NCBI RefSeq assembly: GCF_006345805.1
Contig: NC_042997.1
Location: 138,012,001 to 138,076,000, forward strand
Direction of reading: 5' to 3'
Length of the DNA: 64,000 nucleotides
Source of the DNA: Octopus sinensis
Taxonomy: Eukaryota
Notes under the pieces: generated by a model
Database searches by the model: none
The model's input: the letters and a program-made list of their open reading frames with translations, nothing else
Told to the model about the DNA's origin: nothing
Part shown: positions 38,101 through 50,400 of the stretch, in pieces
How the letters are laid out: each line of letters opens with the position of its first letter
Position numbering within the stretch: position 1 is the first letter of the stretch
Made by a program: the position numbers and the translations under genes

Positions 38101-38419
38101 GGATGTCAGCGATGACGAAAACCCATCGAAAGTCTCGGCGAAGGTTGAGGTTGAGGCGCAGCGAAATCTGACCGTAAGTGGTTATGGGAGACGAGTCAAT
38201 AGCATGCAAGACAATCGAAGAGCGCTTCGGCTTGTCTGCAGCCAGACGAAGGGGCCAGATGCTGCAACAGGAACCGGTGTCTACCATGAAGAATGTCTTC
38301 GACACCAGATCTTTTACATAGAATGCACGATGTTTGGGAAACGAGATGGAAGAAGGTGACGTGCTCACCTCCTCCGGATTTAGTTTTCCGAGGGCTTGAA
38401 AGTGCACGGCTGGGTACAC
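35141..38419 (-). CDS. pol: Pol polyprotein (PR-RT-RNase H-IN), probably made by -1 frameshift from gag
   Basis: VDTG protease; WASPL and YVDD RT; DASD/ELLAI/TDHKPL RNase H; HHCC zinc finger, D-D35-E and GPF module in IN. The frame has no ATG start (first codon GTG). Confidence 0.97.
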   Translation of the reverse strand: MYPAVHFQALGKLNPEEVSTSPSSISFPKHRAFYVKDLVSKTFFMVDTGSCCSIWPLRLAADKPKRSSIVLHAIDSSPITTYGQISLRLNLNLRRDFRWVFVIADIPHPILGADFLDRFNLLVDVRRRRLLDSTTSLSTPTGSSTTAVLSPTFFVATSGDPFHSLLVSFPELVDIAFKPENPTHSTLHFITTNGPPVFSRPRRLAPDRLKTARAEFEHMLQLGIIRPSTSPWASPLHLARKGESDFRPVGDYRRLNAVTIADRYPIRNLRDFTANLHGCTIFSKVDLIRAYHQIPVNPADVPKTAITTPFGCFEFLYMSFGLRNATSTFQRFIDEVVRGLDFVFAYVDDILIASDTRENHLRHLSQLFQRLRAYSIRINPDKCVFGRSSLDFLGHHIDSTGISPLSSKVDAIQRIAPPTSLRQLRHYLGMVNFYRRFIPGCADKLLPLTRLLKDSPRKDSQVTLSVEAVTAFESIKKELASVSLLAHPVPGASLSLTVDASDTAIGAVLQHTVDDHVRPLAFFSRQLQPAERRYSTFDRELLAIYLSVRHFQHQLEGRDFVIYTDHKPLTFALFSKTDKLSPRAFRHLDFISQFTSNIRHIPGKENVPADALSRLPVCALSSPAAIDLAAISQEQPPLASLDLTSPKFSCCQFSYLPLPSAEGTILCDTSTGSPRPLVPETHQRSVFEALHSLSHPGIAATLKLITARFFWPNMRRTITCWTRTCSKCQRSKIQRHVRAPLGQFPPTEARFRHVHIDLVGPWPVSRGFSYLLTCVDRFSRWPEAIPIADISAETVARAFVSNWISRFGVPSRLTTDRGRQFEASLFRELSRILGMHHIHTTSYHPASNGLVERFHRQLKAALRASSDPQSWIEFLPIVLLGCRTAVKADLGFSAAELLYGTTLALPGTMLVPDTSPPHDPATYVTRLREYFSNLPPMLPRKQSPPSHLPPDMNTWSHVFVRDDSVKGPLVSPYKGPFRVLSRTPKVFTIEINGRSETVSVDRLKKAHFETSSSFDDNLDTPTYAPLTTLSPAQTPSPAQTPSPAQTPSPAQTPSPAPTTPPSPSTGAPSTPYVTKSGRTVHWPKKLSKTIYI
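35256..35339 (-). repeat. 18-bp tandem repeat (4 copies + partial) encoding (PSPAQT)n in the IN tail
   Basis: Unit ggtgaaggcgtttgtgca on the plus strand. Confidence 0.9.
38349..38389 (-). promoter_or_regulatory. Putative -1 ribosomal frameshift signal
   Basis: G_GAA_AAC directly before the gag stop, a 7-nt spacer, then an 11-bp stem (two G-U) GGAGGAGGTGA-GCACG-TCACCTTCTTC. Pol is in the -1 frame. Confidence 0.75.
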
Positions 38420-38862
38420 CGATCTGCCCTTTTGGTAGAGCGACTACGACTGCGTTGTCGGCGCTCGATCGCACGGGATAGATCGTCGATTCGCCGCGTG
38501 AGCGCATCAATCCGCTCGGCTAGTGAAATTTGCGCAGGGCCCCCTATACATGCACAGAGGCCTCGCGATGGAGATGGATTCGGAAATTCCAGTATTCCAT
38601 CGGCCATCGTGGCAATCTGAATATTGCTCTCCCCCGAACGTGTGTTGCGGCGGAGGATTTCTGCTTTCACAGACGCGTATGTGGCATCCGGGTGGGGACT
38701 TATTATTAGATCCCTGATCGATGCGGCGAGTCGGGGATGTAAGCCGGAATATAGCAGGTGCAACTGCTGCTGTGGAGAAATGGCATGTGCATCAAAATAC
38801 CACTCCACTTGGGCAAACCACAGGCCCATATCCCCCGTAAATGAAGGCAAACCTGAAGCCAT
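38380..38862 (-). CDS. gag: Short (160 aa) Gag with apparent internal deletions
   Basis: [42 protein letters not shown] and terminal CTQPC. Confidence 0.85.
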   Translation of the reverse strand: MASGLPSFTGDMGLWFAQVEWYFDAHAISPQQQLHLLYSGLHPRLAASIRDLIISPHPDATYASVKAEILRRNTRSGESNIQIATMADGILEFPNPSPSRGLCACIGGPAQISLAERIDALTRRIDDLSRAIERRQRSRSRSTKRADRCTQPCTFKPSEN

Positions 38863-39229
38863 GCCTTTGTCGGAAGGAATCTGTGAGAAGGGGGCAGAAG
38901 GTATGGTCTAGAAGTGGAGAGAGAACACGTGGAACCGAGAAGGCAATTCAAAATTGTGTTTGTGTGTGCACCTCGTGGGTAGCAAAAAAAGGAATAGGTG
39001 TGTACAAGGAAAACAAAATACAGAAAAGGAAAAAAAAATGAATGTGTGTGTGTTTTCTTTTTTCTTTGTTTTTTTTTTTTGTACTGTGTGCGATGAATAA
39101 GGCTATTTGACCCACCTCGCCGTGCTGAAAAGGAGAAAATAGGAAAATAAATGTGAATTTCCGCGCTCTTCGGCCCCAAAAAAAACCTGTTCGCTGTGTC
39201 TTTTTCTATCCTGTTCTTTTTCTCAACTA

Positions 39230-39239
39230 GGGGTCACCA
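39230..39239 (-). other. Primer-binding site, tRNA-Trp type
   Basis: TGGTGACCCC 3 nt after the 5' LTR, complementary to the 3' end of eukaryotic tRNA-Trp (..GGGGUCACCA). Confidence 0.85.
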
Positions 39240-39242
39240 ATT

Positions 39243-39660
39243 TGTAACGTGAAAGGATCTATCATCGAAGCACTGGCAGGGTGTCGAGATCCTTTCTAGT
39301 CACATACAAAAATTCTTGTAGAAAACAAACAGACGAAACTCAGGTTAAAGGTGAACAGACAACTTGGTTTATTGATTCATGGTTGTACGTTGTCTGATGG
39401 GGGAATAGACAGCCTCTGATATACTGCTGGTGTTGGTCGTTGAGGTTGGTTGAAGTTGGTTGAAGTTGGTGTGTGGCTGTCAGAGCCAGGAAAACCGTGA
39501 CCGATCGCAGTGCTGTCTTGAGCCGAAGAGAGAGATTTGAGGTTCGCGGGCTCGAGAGATGTTTTCCCGCACATGCGCATGGGGAAGACTTCCGGTGGCC
39601 ACCCGGAAGTAGTCCCATTCTGCGCATGCGCGCCGAACCCTACACTGTAGCATCACTACA
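39243..39660 (-). repeat. 5' LTR
   Basis: Same sequence as 34598-35015 at offset 4645. Confidence 0.97.
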
Positions 39661-42012
39661 AACCTCTTCAGTAAAGCGTAAGTTAATCGTTAGTGTTAGA
39701 TCTAAAATAGATAGGAATATGTAACGGATCTGTGTGTGTGTAAATGAACGAGATTAATTCTATGTAAATGATGTTAATAAGAAGAAAAAGAAGAAAGTGA
39801 TGTTGCTTCTATTCCGTCAAATCCACAACTAGTTTGAAACTGCCGCTTCGCTGTTGTAGTGAGTTTTTATGTTGCTTTTTTTTTAGCTTAGGCAGATCAC
39901 TGCCGTTTTATTCATAAGCCTCCAGCTCTGATTGGCTGGAATCTTCCAGAGCACAACTGAACAGCAACAAAATAGATCCTTCCTCGCACTACGAATGTAT
40001 AAGTGAAGTGAATGAGTGATTGACTGACTGAGTGAGAAAGAAGTGAAAGAGAGTGTCGTATTGTAAAGAGTTGGTTGACACCAATGTCGCTGTTTCGGTA
40101 TGTTTGTTATTTATTGGTATAAGCTGAGCAGCGTGATATACCAAAATGATCAGACGCGCACATGATATAACGTATTTTATCTGTAAGATTTATCGACCAA
40201 GAGAACAATTGAATATTAACATCGCTTGGTTACTCCTGGTAATGCAGCGAGGTTAGAAATGGAGTTCAGTGTAACAAGTTAATATAATAGTGATTACTAA
40301 TGCTGCCGGAAAGAGTTAGTTTATCATAATACAAGAAGTTCTTTATATTTTTGGCTGGAATTCAGCAAGAAAAACTTGTCGTTGCTTTTGTCATACTAGG
40401 CCACGTTCTGGCTTGCATGTGGTGAATGGTGAGAATGTATGATTTCTAATGGCGGTCTCGGGCCTCTGCTGTTATTATTGGCATGAAATTATTTTAATAC
40501 TGGGAAAGGCGCGCGAACCTCAACGACATTGGAAATGTGTCCATGATATCGCTGCGAGTTTATTGGTTAACAATCAGAATAGACCGTACGACTTGGGCAT
40601 TTCGGAAGTGGTAACTGAAGATTTTAGGTTCGATGCTAGATCTCGTTGCAAGAGAAAGAAGGGGAAAGATCATGAATGAGTGAGAGAAAATGGGTGTATT
40701 GTTGTTTTTAGTTCTGGGTCACTCCTTATCTAGCAATTTGATTTATGAATACTAACACGTCTACCATCTCGACTACCATCACGATGAGAAAATATATTAA
40801 AAGGGGTAAAAGCCGCAACGCGTACAGTTCTTACCACCGCAACCCCTTCCTCTGCAGGCTATGATGATGAGAACACTGTTAGCTTGAGTGCATCTTCCGT
40901 CTTACTCGAAATAGCAGTCAAATCTGCTCTTCAACACCGAGGAAACTCACTTCTTATCTCGAATGTGATTCCGGGATGAAATTGATCTTGAACTTCTTCA
41001 AGTTCTCTATAACGGCGAGTATTTTATCTTTTCATATATGTAGTTTCAACTAATTTCACTAAAAACATGGCAACTTTTCATGGAATTGTGGACATTTCCT
41101 CTTCAAATACTTCTAACACAGAAGCTTATCTCCTTACTTTCAACACTTCTGGCGAATTTTCGTCTGACAACTGAAGAGAGAATTCGGCCACTGAAAAACA
41201 GTTATTTTGCGAGGTCAACTGATATGGCGGAAGCATTTCAACAAATTGCTCATTCAACGCGTTCAGCGATGTTCTTTTACATAAGCTGCTTAGATGCGGG
41301 AAATCAGCAGGTAAGAAGCTTGCTTCCCAACCACATGGTTCCGGGTTCAGTCCCACTGCGTGGAACCTTGGGCAAATGTCTTCTGCTATAACCTCAGGCC
41401 GACCAAAGCCTGTGTGGAATTTGTAGACGGAAACTGAAAGAAGCCCGTCATATATACATGTAGTGACTTCATTTTGGCATAGAGTAGATTCGAATCTGAA
41501 TAGGCAAATTTCTCCTAACATTTCAACAGCATTTTTCTCACAGAAAAACGATAATTGATTAGAGTTACATTCAACACATGGCTTCGCCAAGTCAATTTAT
41601 ATATTTTCCATTTGACTTTTAACCTCCTGTATGTCACGGAAAGTTGAAATTAGATAAGGAGTGACCTACATTAATTTACCCAATGTTTTCAACGATACAT
41701 CTCTTTTCCAAGTTAGCCTGCATAGTTATAATTACTAGAATTCTGTAAGGCAAAATCAGTTGGTGAACAGGGACGGCCAGAGACGGACAGAAACGACCAG
41801 AGGCAGACAACCACTGGAATCTGACGGCCAAACAATTGGCCGCTATGATACAACTTACCTCTGCTCTCTTTCTCTCTTCCATTGGCTCATCTTTCTCTTC
41901 TAACAAACATGCTACTAGAATGACAAGAACATATACACACTTATACAAGGAGAAATTAACTCTCAATTATATTATACACGCCCGCAGCCTTGTTTACCCT
42001 ACTGGATGATAT

Positions 42013-43150
42013 TGTTACGTCGTGCACGCAAGCCCTGGGCCTTCCGATGCCACCACATGGCCCTCACGCCGGGAACAGTCCGCTTGCGACGGCGACGGCG
42101 CTCAGTAAACCGGAAATCCACCACGGGAAGGGGTAAGGCGGCGAACGCAGCCAGGAACCAACACAACAACAAAAGAAGAGACACACAGGTGGAAGTTGCG
42201 TAATTCAAACAATTTTTTTTCAAAACAAAACCATTCAAAACAAAGGTTGACAACATTTGTTCGGAGAACAAATCATTTGCATTTAAACATAATACAGAGT
42301 TCGAAAAATAAACCATTTAACATTTGACACAATACTGTTCAATTTTTCAAGACAACTCGTTTTTTACATTTAACACAAAGTTCACAATCAACAGTCTCTT
42401 AGAGCTTCACTTTCCTCCTTTTTTTTTAACACCATAGTTCTCAAAAAGGTTCCTTCTCCTTTTAAAAACATTTCCAATTTCTTTTTTTTTTTTCCTTTTC
42501 TTTTCTCTTAAAAACAGCCAACAGCACGCTCTTTTTTTCTTTTCAACGGTTACGTCAGAACCTCTCTCTTTTTTTCATTTAAGCAAACACAACGTTTTTC
42601 TTTTTTCATTTAAACATCAGAATTCAAAACATACAGAAAACAACATTACCAGAACATTTGTTTCTTAACTCGCGTCCGCAACAATTCTTAACTTCACAAA
42701 CTCCCACTATAACAACTTGCCTGCCGCTCGTTGTCATCTCTATCTCTACCGTCTCTCGTCCCCGCCATCTCCAACTTCACCTGTCTGTCTCTGGCCGTCA
42801 TCATCTCCAACTCACTCCCTGGTCCCGGTCTCCGCTCACACTGACCCTCTCTCGCCGACTGACTTTTCAACCTAATGCTATCCGTATTTATAACGGGTAG
42901 CAGCTAGAAGAAGAGAAATATCGATGACAGCAGTGTGTAGATCCCTCCCCAACATTTTATTTTTAAAAAACTTTCCGTGACCGTGCGGGGGCCATAGATC
43001 ATTTTATAGGATCATTAATAATCGTGCTCTTTGACAGAACAAAGGAAATACCATTGTACTGAACAGCTGGAGCGCCGGTTCGATTCCAACTAATGGAACA
43101 AGGAGCATAATGTTTTTTTGTTCGTTTACATTTTCCTTGCGTCCGTAACA
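42013..43150 (-). mobile_element. Solo LTR (1138 bp) nested in the gag relic
   Basis: Termini TGTTACG...CGTAACA, TSD ATAT (42009-42012, 43151-43154). Minus-strand TATAAATA (42892-42885) lies 32 nt before a TCAGTC initiator (42862-42857). Confidence 0.85.
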
Positions 43151-44593
43151 ATATATTTAAACAACGTTTCCCAACAAACAAATCATACTAGCATCTACCA
43201 AAGAATCAGGCTCAATTAATGAACTAGCCGAGATAGCAGACAGAATCCACTGAGGCGGTTAACCCGTTTTCGACGATGGCTCCGATAGCATCTTCCACCA
43301 ATCCTTTTGCTGTTTCCTCAGATTCATCCTAACTGCTACAGCTGCGTGCGCTCTTGACGCAACAAGGCGCGCAAATACAAATTCTTTCAACGCAATTGCA
43401 AGGGCTGACATGTCGCAGCTGCTCACCACTCAACTATAATCAACCTTGGCGCTTTAATAAACGATTTTTCAAGGAGCCGTAGCACCACTCGGCGATCTCC
43501 TCGGTTTTGCTTCTTCCACTATAAATATGGCAAACATGCGCGTTCCTGCAAGCTACCCTGTTTGTTCAACATAAATACCCTTGCCAGTCGCGAAACAACC
43601 AAGCCAGGTTATAGAGTCGACGAATGCTCCTGGCGCAGATAAACAAAGCCGCCTTTTCTTTATCAACGATCGTGTAACAGGTACCCGTTTCCTCGTAGAT
43701 AAAGTTAACATCGTCCCCGCCTCACTAATCTCAGGTCATAGAAAGCAAACACCGACCTTTCTTCGGGCTATTAATCAATCGCCTATCCAGACTTTTGGTG
43801 AGTAGTCTTTCACATTAAATTTAGGCCTTCGTCGAATTTTCGTCGTTGCTAAATTACCCATTCTAATTATAGGCACTGAATTTTTGCATCACTTCAGCCT
43901 TCTGTTCGACGTCAAGCGAGGCAGATTCTTCAATACTACAACTAATTTCCCTGCGCGCGTATGTCCACAGTAGGCCCTGTCATGTTACGTTCAAAAACTA
44001 GCCGATACGAAGATGTTTTTCCGTCAATACTCGGACATCACCCGACCACTGTTCCAAAACAATTAAAACCATCGGCCCGCCTGTTGCCTGGCGACCGCGA
44101 AGACTGCCTCCTAACTGCTTGCGGGTCGCTAAATAAGAGTTCCAACACATGTTAGACAGAGGATCATTCAACCATCCAGCAGCAGTTGGTCCACTCCACT
44201 CCATTTAGTACCCAAGAAAGAGATGAACGGCTGGCGCCCTTGCGGAAACTTCAGAGCCCTCAACAACGCTACAGTGCCTGACAAGTATCCCATACCACAC
44301 TTTAACGATTTTTCCAGCACGCTGAACAGAGCACGGATTTTCTCGAAAATCGATCTTGTGCGGGCCTACAATCAGATACCTTGCCGATGTTCCGAAAACA
44401 GCAATCGCCACGCTCTTCGAACCATTCAAGTTTTTGCGGATGCCCTTCGGCCTCCGTAACGCAGCACCGGCATTTCAACACTTTATAGACAGTCACAGGG
44501 CTTTACCGTTCATTTACGCTTACATCAACGATATGTTGGTGGCGAATAAGTCTGAAGCTGAACAAGAGGTACATTTACATCAACTGTCTAGTA

Positions 44594-44780
44594 CAGTGCT
44601 TTTCAAACTTTTTGCTGGAGCGGAACCCCAAGGAAACATTCCACTGGCTCAAGTAACCCCTGTGCAATAATTTAATAGTCTTATGCACACATATCTGCAC
44701 AGGAGAATTAAAAATTACTGCCGATTTTAGCAGTTTTGTAACTTCTTGCGGAACCCTGGAACGCTGGTTGAAAACCACTG
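44594..44780. mobile_element. hAT (Charlie-like) MITE, 187 bp
   Basis: TIR CAGTG(C/G)TTTTCAA, perfect 8-bp TSD GTCTAGTA. Interrupts the RT relic. Confidence 0.92.
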
Positions 44781-46029
44781 GTCTAGTAGTTAGCTGGGTA
44801 CAGCATTGTAATCAGCACCAGTAAATATTTTCGGTGTCTCGTCTCTCCCATTCCTCAGCCATATTGTCGACAAATTCGTCCACTACCAGAAAAGGTGGAG
44901 GCGATAGTAAATTTCCCTATCTCTAAGTCGCTCTGAAAACTGCGCGAATTTTTGGGATTGATTAATTTTACCGGCGTTTCCTTCCACACTGCTCCAAAGC
45001 AACTCAGCTGCTCACAAAATGAAGTAACTCAGCGCAACAAAACGAAGAAGTGACAAGCTATAACGTTAGGTGACGCAGAGCTGGCCTCCTTCAATAAACT
45101 AAAGGATATGCTAGTTTACTCCAAACCTGGTGCTCCACTTACTTTACTGGTTGACGCGTCCCTGCCCGGAGTCGGTGGTGTTTTTCAGCAGTTGGTGGAT
45201 AGCGTTTGGTAACCATTATCCTTCTTCCCCAAACGACTTCAGCTCGCTGAGGCTAAATACAGTACTTTTGGGCATAAGCTCCTAGCAGCGTATCTGTCCG
45301 TTAAGAACTTCCGCTATATATCAGCATTTACACGGACCATAAACTAACTGCTCGTATACGCCTTCAGAACAAAATCATGATCGCCATTCTCCGAGAGAAG
45401 TCCATCACCGTAAGAATGTCGGACTGAACGCTTTGTGATATTTGTTCCAATTTTTTTTTTGTCTCCTGAGTTCAAATCGTGCTATGGTCTACTTAGGTAT
45501 TAGACTTGACTCGTTGCCTGGTTTAAAACCACCACCTGACACTTTAAGTGCCATTCTGTTGTAAACATTTGGGTCACGTTTCTGGTTTGAGGATACCTTC
45601 CTCCTTCCCTCCTACCCATATATTAGTTTTAGGGACGCTATAAGTGGTCATGGATACCTCTGTAAGGACCGTGGGGTGATGAGAATAGCTCTTTAGTACA
45701 TCACACGGTCGATACAATAAATATTAATTGAATAGTACTTATAAGTGCCAGAGGCAAAAGGGAGACACAACTGCGTAGAATGAGAACAAAGTGTACGTGT
45801 GTGCGTAAGCATAAATGTATGCACGTTTGTTAAGTACATATAAGAATAGCAATGAAGAAAAAGCCAGTGATAGAGTCTACAGCTATCGAAGTGAGAGGTT
45901 CATAGATACAAAGATGAGAATACCAGATCTACATTTTTCTGACACATTCTCTCCATATATAGTTTTTATCAAGTTGTTTGTTTTTATCACTCAATCTTGT
46001 GTTTGCTACAATTAGGCTCTCTGCTTCTC

Positions 46030-46587
46030 TTTCTAATTACCCCTTTTTTAACTAAGCCCAGAGTTTTGTTTCACTTACATCATCAGTGACTCTCCAAAAT
46101 TGACCATGCAGAGATTTCTCTTCAATTTATCTGGTGTGCTCTCATTGTATTTCATTCTTGTCCTTTTCTCTTATTATGTGCTTGATCACCTGTTCTTTAT
46201 TCACTGTCTTCAATAGTTTTTCTGTGTTGCTCTGTAAATATTCTACTCGGCTTTTTCTTACCATCTGTACACATTCTTCTGCTATTAAACCTTTCCACCC
46301 TGGTCTCTCCTCAAGTACAGCCAGATGTCATCAGCTTTTGGATACATTGTCAACAACTTTCTAGTTTTTCTGTCAACTTTCTTCTTAACATTTTTGGTCC
46401 AGTCTATAATTCCAACTCCATATCTGTTTAAGGATACTGCTCTTGAATTTATTGCTTCAATAGGATTTTTTGAATTCAGTTTTAACTGCAATAATTTTCT
46501 CACTCTCCTTGTTTACTCCCTACTGGTAATTTGTTTCACTTCATTTTTTTTTTTTATTTCGTCTCCTTCCAGTATTCCCAAGTATGA
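46030..46587 (-). mobile_element. R4/Dong-like non-LTR RT fragment
   Basis: YLGILEGDEIK, LNSKNPIEAINSRAV..RYGVGIIDWT..DRKTRKLLTM and LYLRRDQGG. Confidence 0.7.
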
Positions 46588-46589
46588 TA

Positions 46590-47460
46590 CAATGCAAAAG
46601 TCTTCAGCCACTTTAAGCTGTTGTAAATTTCTACTAATTGCCAACTTATAAGTGTATGTTTTGAATTCCTTTTTCTTACAGATGAAACATTGGCCCTGTT
46701 GGAGTCATTTCTGTACTTTATCATTATATTTTGTAGTAGGGGTTCTGAAGAGAAGGAAAGATGTAAGACAACCACCAAAAATGGCCATGCAAAAGTTTTC
46801 AGCCACCTTATACAAACCAATAATGATGCAGTGTTTTAAAACAGAAAAATGTCTATAATCAAAATTTATTACATAATGTTTGTTTCAAGAAGTTACTGTA
46901 AATTGTTTAATATTTTGTGTGGCTTCCCTTAGCTTGAATAATTGCTTCAATGCTCCTGGGAAGAGATGCGTACAAATTCTTCACCATCTTCACAGGTAGG
47001 AGATGTCAGTGGCTGAGCTCCCACAGCTCTTCAAGATCAGGTTGAATTCTTCTGACGAACTCTTCTCTTTAGTTCTGACCACATTTGCTTGATGATATTT
47101 AAGTCAGGGCTCTAAGCTGGTCAATCTTTCAATACAGTAACATCTTCATCAACCAGACGCTATTGTGTAGCATACCATCTGTGGCATGGAACTCTTTCAT
47201 GCTGAAAAATTTCACCTTCATCCAAGTCTGGTATCAAATTGTCCTTCAGCCACTGGATGTATTTGGCACTATTCAAGTTACCATCAATTTTAACCAACTT
47301 TCTTGAACCATCACTTTTTATGTATCCCCAAAGTATCAGACTCTTACCCCCAAACTTCACTGTTTTTTTTTTTGTTTTTTTTCGTGCAACGTAGATCGTT
47401 TTGTTTTCTAATAAGCAAGAATTTGTCAGAAGGCCTCCAGGAAATGCTTAAAATTTCATT
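46590..47460 (-). mobile_element. Truncated Tc1-like transposon (3' half, IR/DR end, D35E spacing)
   Basis: KFGGKSLILWG, IDGNLNSAKYI, FQH(E)..PCH and SPDLNII. TA junction at 46588. Direct repeats tgcaaaagt(c/t)ttcagccac near 46593 and 46788. Confidence 0.85.
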
Positions 47461-50400
47461 CATCTTCATATTCTAAGTTCAAATTCCTTGGAGGTCAACT
47501 TTGCCTTTCATCCTTTCGGGGTCAATAAAATTAGTACCAGTTGAACACTGGGTTGATGTCATTGACTTACCTACTTCTCTTAAACTTGCTGACCATGTGC
47601 CAAAATTTGAAACCAATATCTTTTTGTGGAATTTTTCAAGTAAAGCAAAACAAAAGTAGTAGGGCAACATAGTTTGACGGTGGGGATGGTGTCTCAAGTA
47701 ATTTACTTGTTATCTTAAAGAACTAGGTCAATAGCATGGGTCTCTTTCAGTCTGGACAACTTAGGAGCTACTGTTTTATAGACTGGCTGTGTTTTACTTG
47801 GCTTCTTTTTTCCTTCTTTTTGAATGAGGTCAATAAAATTTCACTTTTCAAGGTATACAGAAGACAGTGATCCAATGATGGAACCTTTATTTGGTTGCTT
47901 GGATTGCTAGAAGTAACCAAATATCAACTCAAATTACACCCAATCAACTTCAGAAAGAAGTGTACCCAATGCATGTACAATTACGTTATCTAATGTCTGA
48001 AATTAAAATGGATTAATTTGTGGTTAAACAACAATAGTAGCTATTCAATGGAATTTATTTCTGAAATTTCCTGTGAAATAAATGTCATGTTATCCAACAA
48101 CAGACAAACACTTCCAGTTTCTTCACTGGAAATTTTATCTCTTGTTAAAATGAATAAGAAGTTATCTCAGGTATAAGTTCCATTACAGTCACCTAAACTA
48201 TATTAAGATTGTCCCAATTAGAAGAAGCAGGAAGATAGTAAACTTGACCTAATTAGATTTTATTTTAGGAGCTTGTGTTACTTTGCTTCCTTCTTCAGTT
48301 CACTAGTTACCAGCATACTATAATTTGTTCGTTTTCTATAGAAGTAGCTGAATTTGAGACAATTCTCTTTAATACCTAGGAAGATTTATAGAAATATTAA
48401 ATCAATCCAGTATTTGACTGGTTATGCTGAATCTCCCTGAGAGCTATGTTAAGAATACATGTCTGTGGAGTACTCAGCCACATGCGTGTTAATTTCACAA
48501 AGGCATAGTGGTTAGGGTATTCGGCTCATGATCGCACGGGCGTAAGTTCGATTCCTGGTGACACATTGTGTCCTTAAACAAGGCACTTTTTTCACATTCC
48601 TCTAGTCCACTCAGCTGTCAAAAATGAGTAGTACCAGTATTTCAAAGGGTCTTGTCACATTCTGTGTTATTCTGAATCTCCTTGAGAATTATATTAAAGA
48701 TACATGTGTCAGTGGAGTGCTCAGCCACATGTATGTTAATTTCATGAGCAGCCTGTTCCATTGATTGGGTCAACTGGAACCTTCATCGTTGTAACTGACG
48801 GAGTAATTTCATAGCTTCAAGATTTCAATGAAGTGTTTCTTTACTTTTAAAATGACATTGTAGTTAGGTGTCAGAGGCCAGATCTGGCTGGTTTGAATGT
48901 AGAACAAATAGAATATTTGGGTTGGATATGGCTGGTTTAAATGCTAAAGAGTTGAAGTAAACTGCATAAAATTAAAAATTAAATGTGCAGTGATGTTATG
49001 AAGGGCATCCTGCCATAGAAACCATGCCAAAGCTGACACTCGAGCTCAATGGCATCCTGCAGCTCACCAAATCCTGTCAAACCATCCAATCCATACCAGC
49101 AGGGAAAGTAGATGTTAAATGATAATGATGATGGTGGTGGTGATGGTGACGGTGAGGCAATATAAATAAACATTGATATGTGAATTGATAACACTCAAGA
49201 AAGTGGGCCAATACATTCTTTATCTGGCTCTATGCAAATATGCATTATAGAACCAGAGATGGTCATATATGGACTGGTATTAAAAGGACTAAATTCAGTT
49301 TCAATGAAATAAGTACTGATGATATATATATACTAGGATCAATTCAATCAATTTTTCCCTTCCCTTATGAATTTCTGGGCTTGTGTTAGAATTTATCAGC
49401 ATTTTACATCCACTATCCCATACTGTTATTGGTTGGACAGTTTTTCTGAGGCAATATTTTTATGGCTGGATGCTTTTCCTATAACCAACCCTTTTAGTCA
49501 CTTCTTATGGTAAGCAAAGACATATTGTACTTATTCTAAAACTGAAATACACTTCTGCCAAAATTACATATTGTTATATATACCCAGGACCTGTAAAAGG
49601 TGGGGTTCAAGATTCAACTGATACATTGGTTTGGAGCCCAGGAAGTTAAGGAGAGACCCATGGTTTACTGATCCCTCCCAACAGGAAAAAAAAAACACAG
49701 TAAGACCATTTATCAGTTTAGATGTTACATAGGATGAGTGCCAAACTAAAAGAAAACAAATCATTTGTTCACAAACATTTTGCATATAAATTTAGGCCCA
49801 TAGTTGTGTGATTAAGAAATTTGCTTCCTGACCACATAACTTCAAGTTCAGTCCTGATTGGCACCTTGGGTGTCTACTACAATAGCCTTGGGCCAACCAA
49901 AACCATGTGAGTAGATTTGGTAGGCAGAAACTGTAAACAACTCAACGAATTTCTCTCTCTTTCTATCTGTCTATCTATTCTTTACAAATAGAGCAGAATA
50001 GTTCTAAAAGTATAAAAATATGGGATGGCTATGGTAAGAATGCTTTGATCATAAGTCTGCTAGAAAGAACATCATATAAACTGAAAATAACAGTGATGTC
50101 ATATGTATTTCTTTTGTAACCATAGGCATGGCTTAGGGCTCAGCTATAGCTGAGTAGTTAAGAAGTTTGCTTCACAAATATGTTTTGTATTCACTCCTAT
50201 TATGTGAAACTTTGGGTAAGTGTCTTCAACTCTAGCCTCTAGCAAACCAAAAATTTGTGAGTGGATTTGGTGGATGGAAACTGAAAGATGACCATCCTTA
50301 AGTATAACAATATCTGTTTCAACACACATTTTCACATCAAGAATCTTGCAAAATAAATACATATAAATATTTTTTTATTGCTCACAGGGGGCTAAACACA

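Larger units (their letters stand above)
34598..39660 (-). mobile_element. Young full-length Ty3/Gypsy LTR retrotransposon
   Basis: Two 418-bp LTRs identical on inspection, 4-bp TSD AACC (34594-34597, 39661-39664), PBS, PPT, gag and uninterrupted pol. Confidence 0.98.
41995..45415 (+). pseudogene. Decayed Gypsy gag-PR-RT-RNase H relic of the same broad family as the young element
   Basis: LLDDIFKQRFP (after removing the nested LTR), ELAEIADRI, CFFHYKYGKHARSCKLPC (43508-43561), WSTPLHL, KIDLVRAYNQIP, YINDML, VDAS and YSTFGHKLLAAY. Confidence 0.9.

Noticed and set aside
35169-38911. Many plus-strand and alternate-frame ORFs over the Gypsy element
   Set aside because: Shadows of the GC-richer gag/pol sequence, with no independent motifs.
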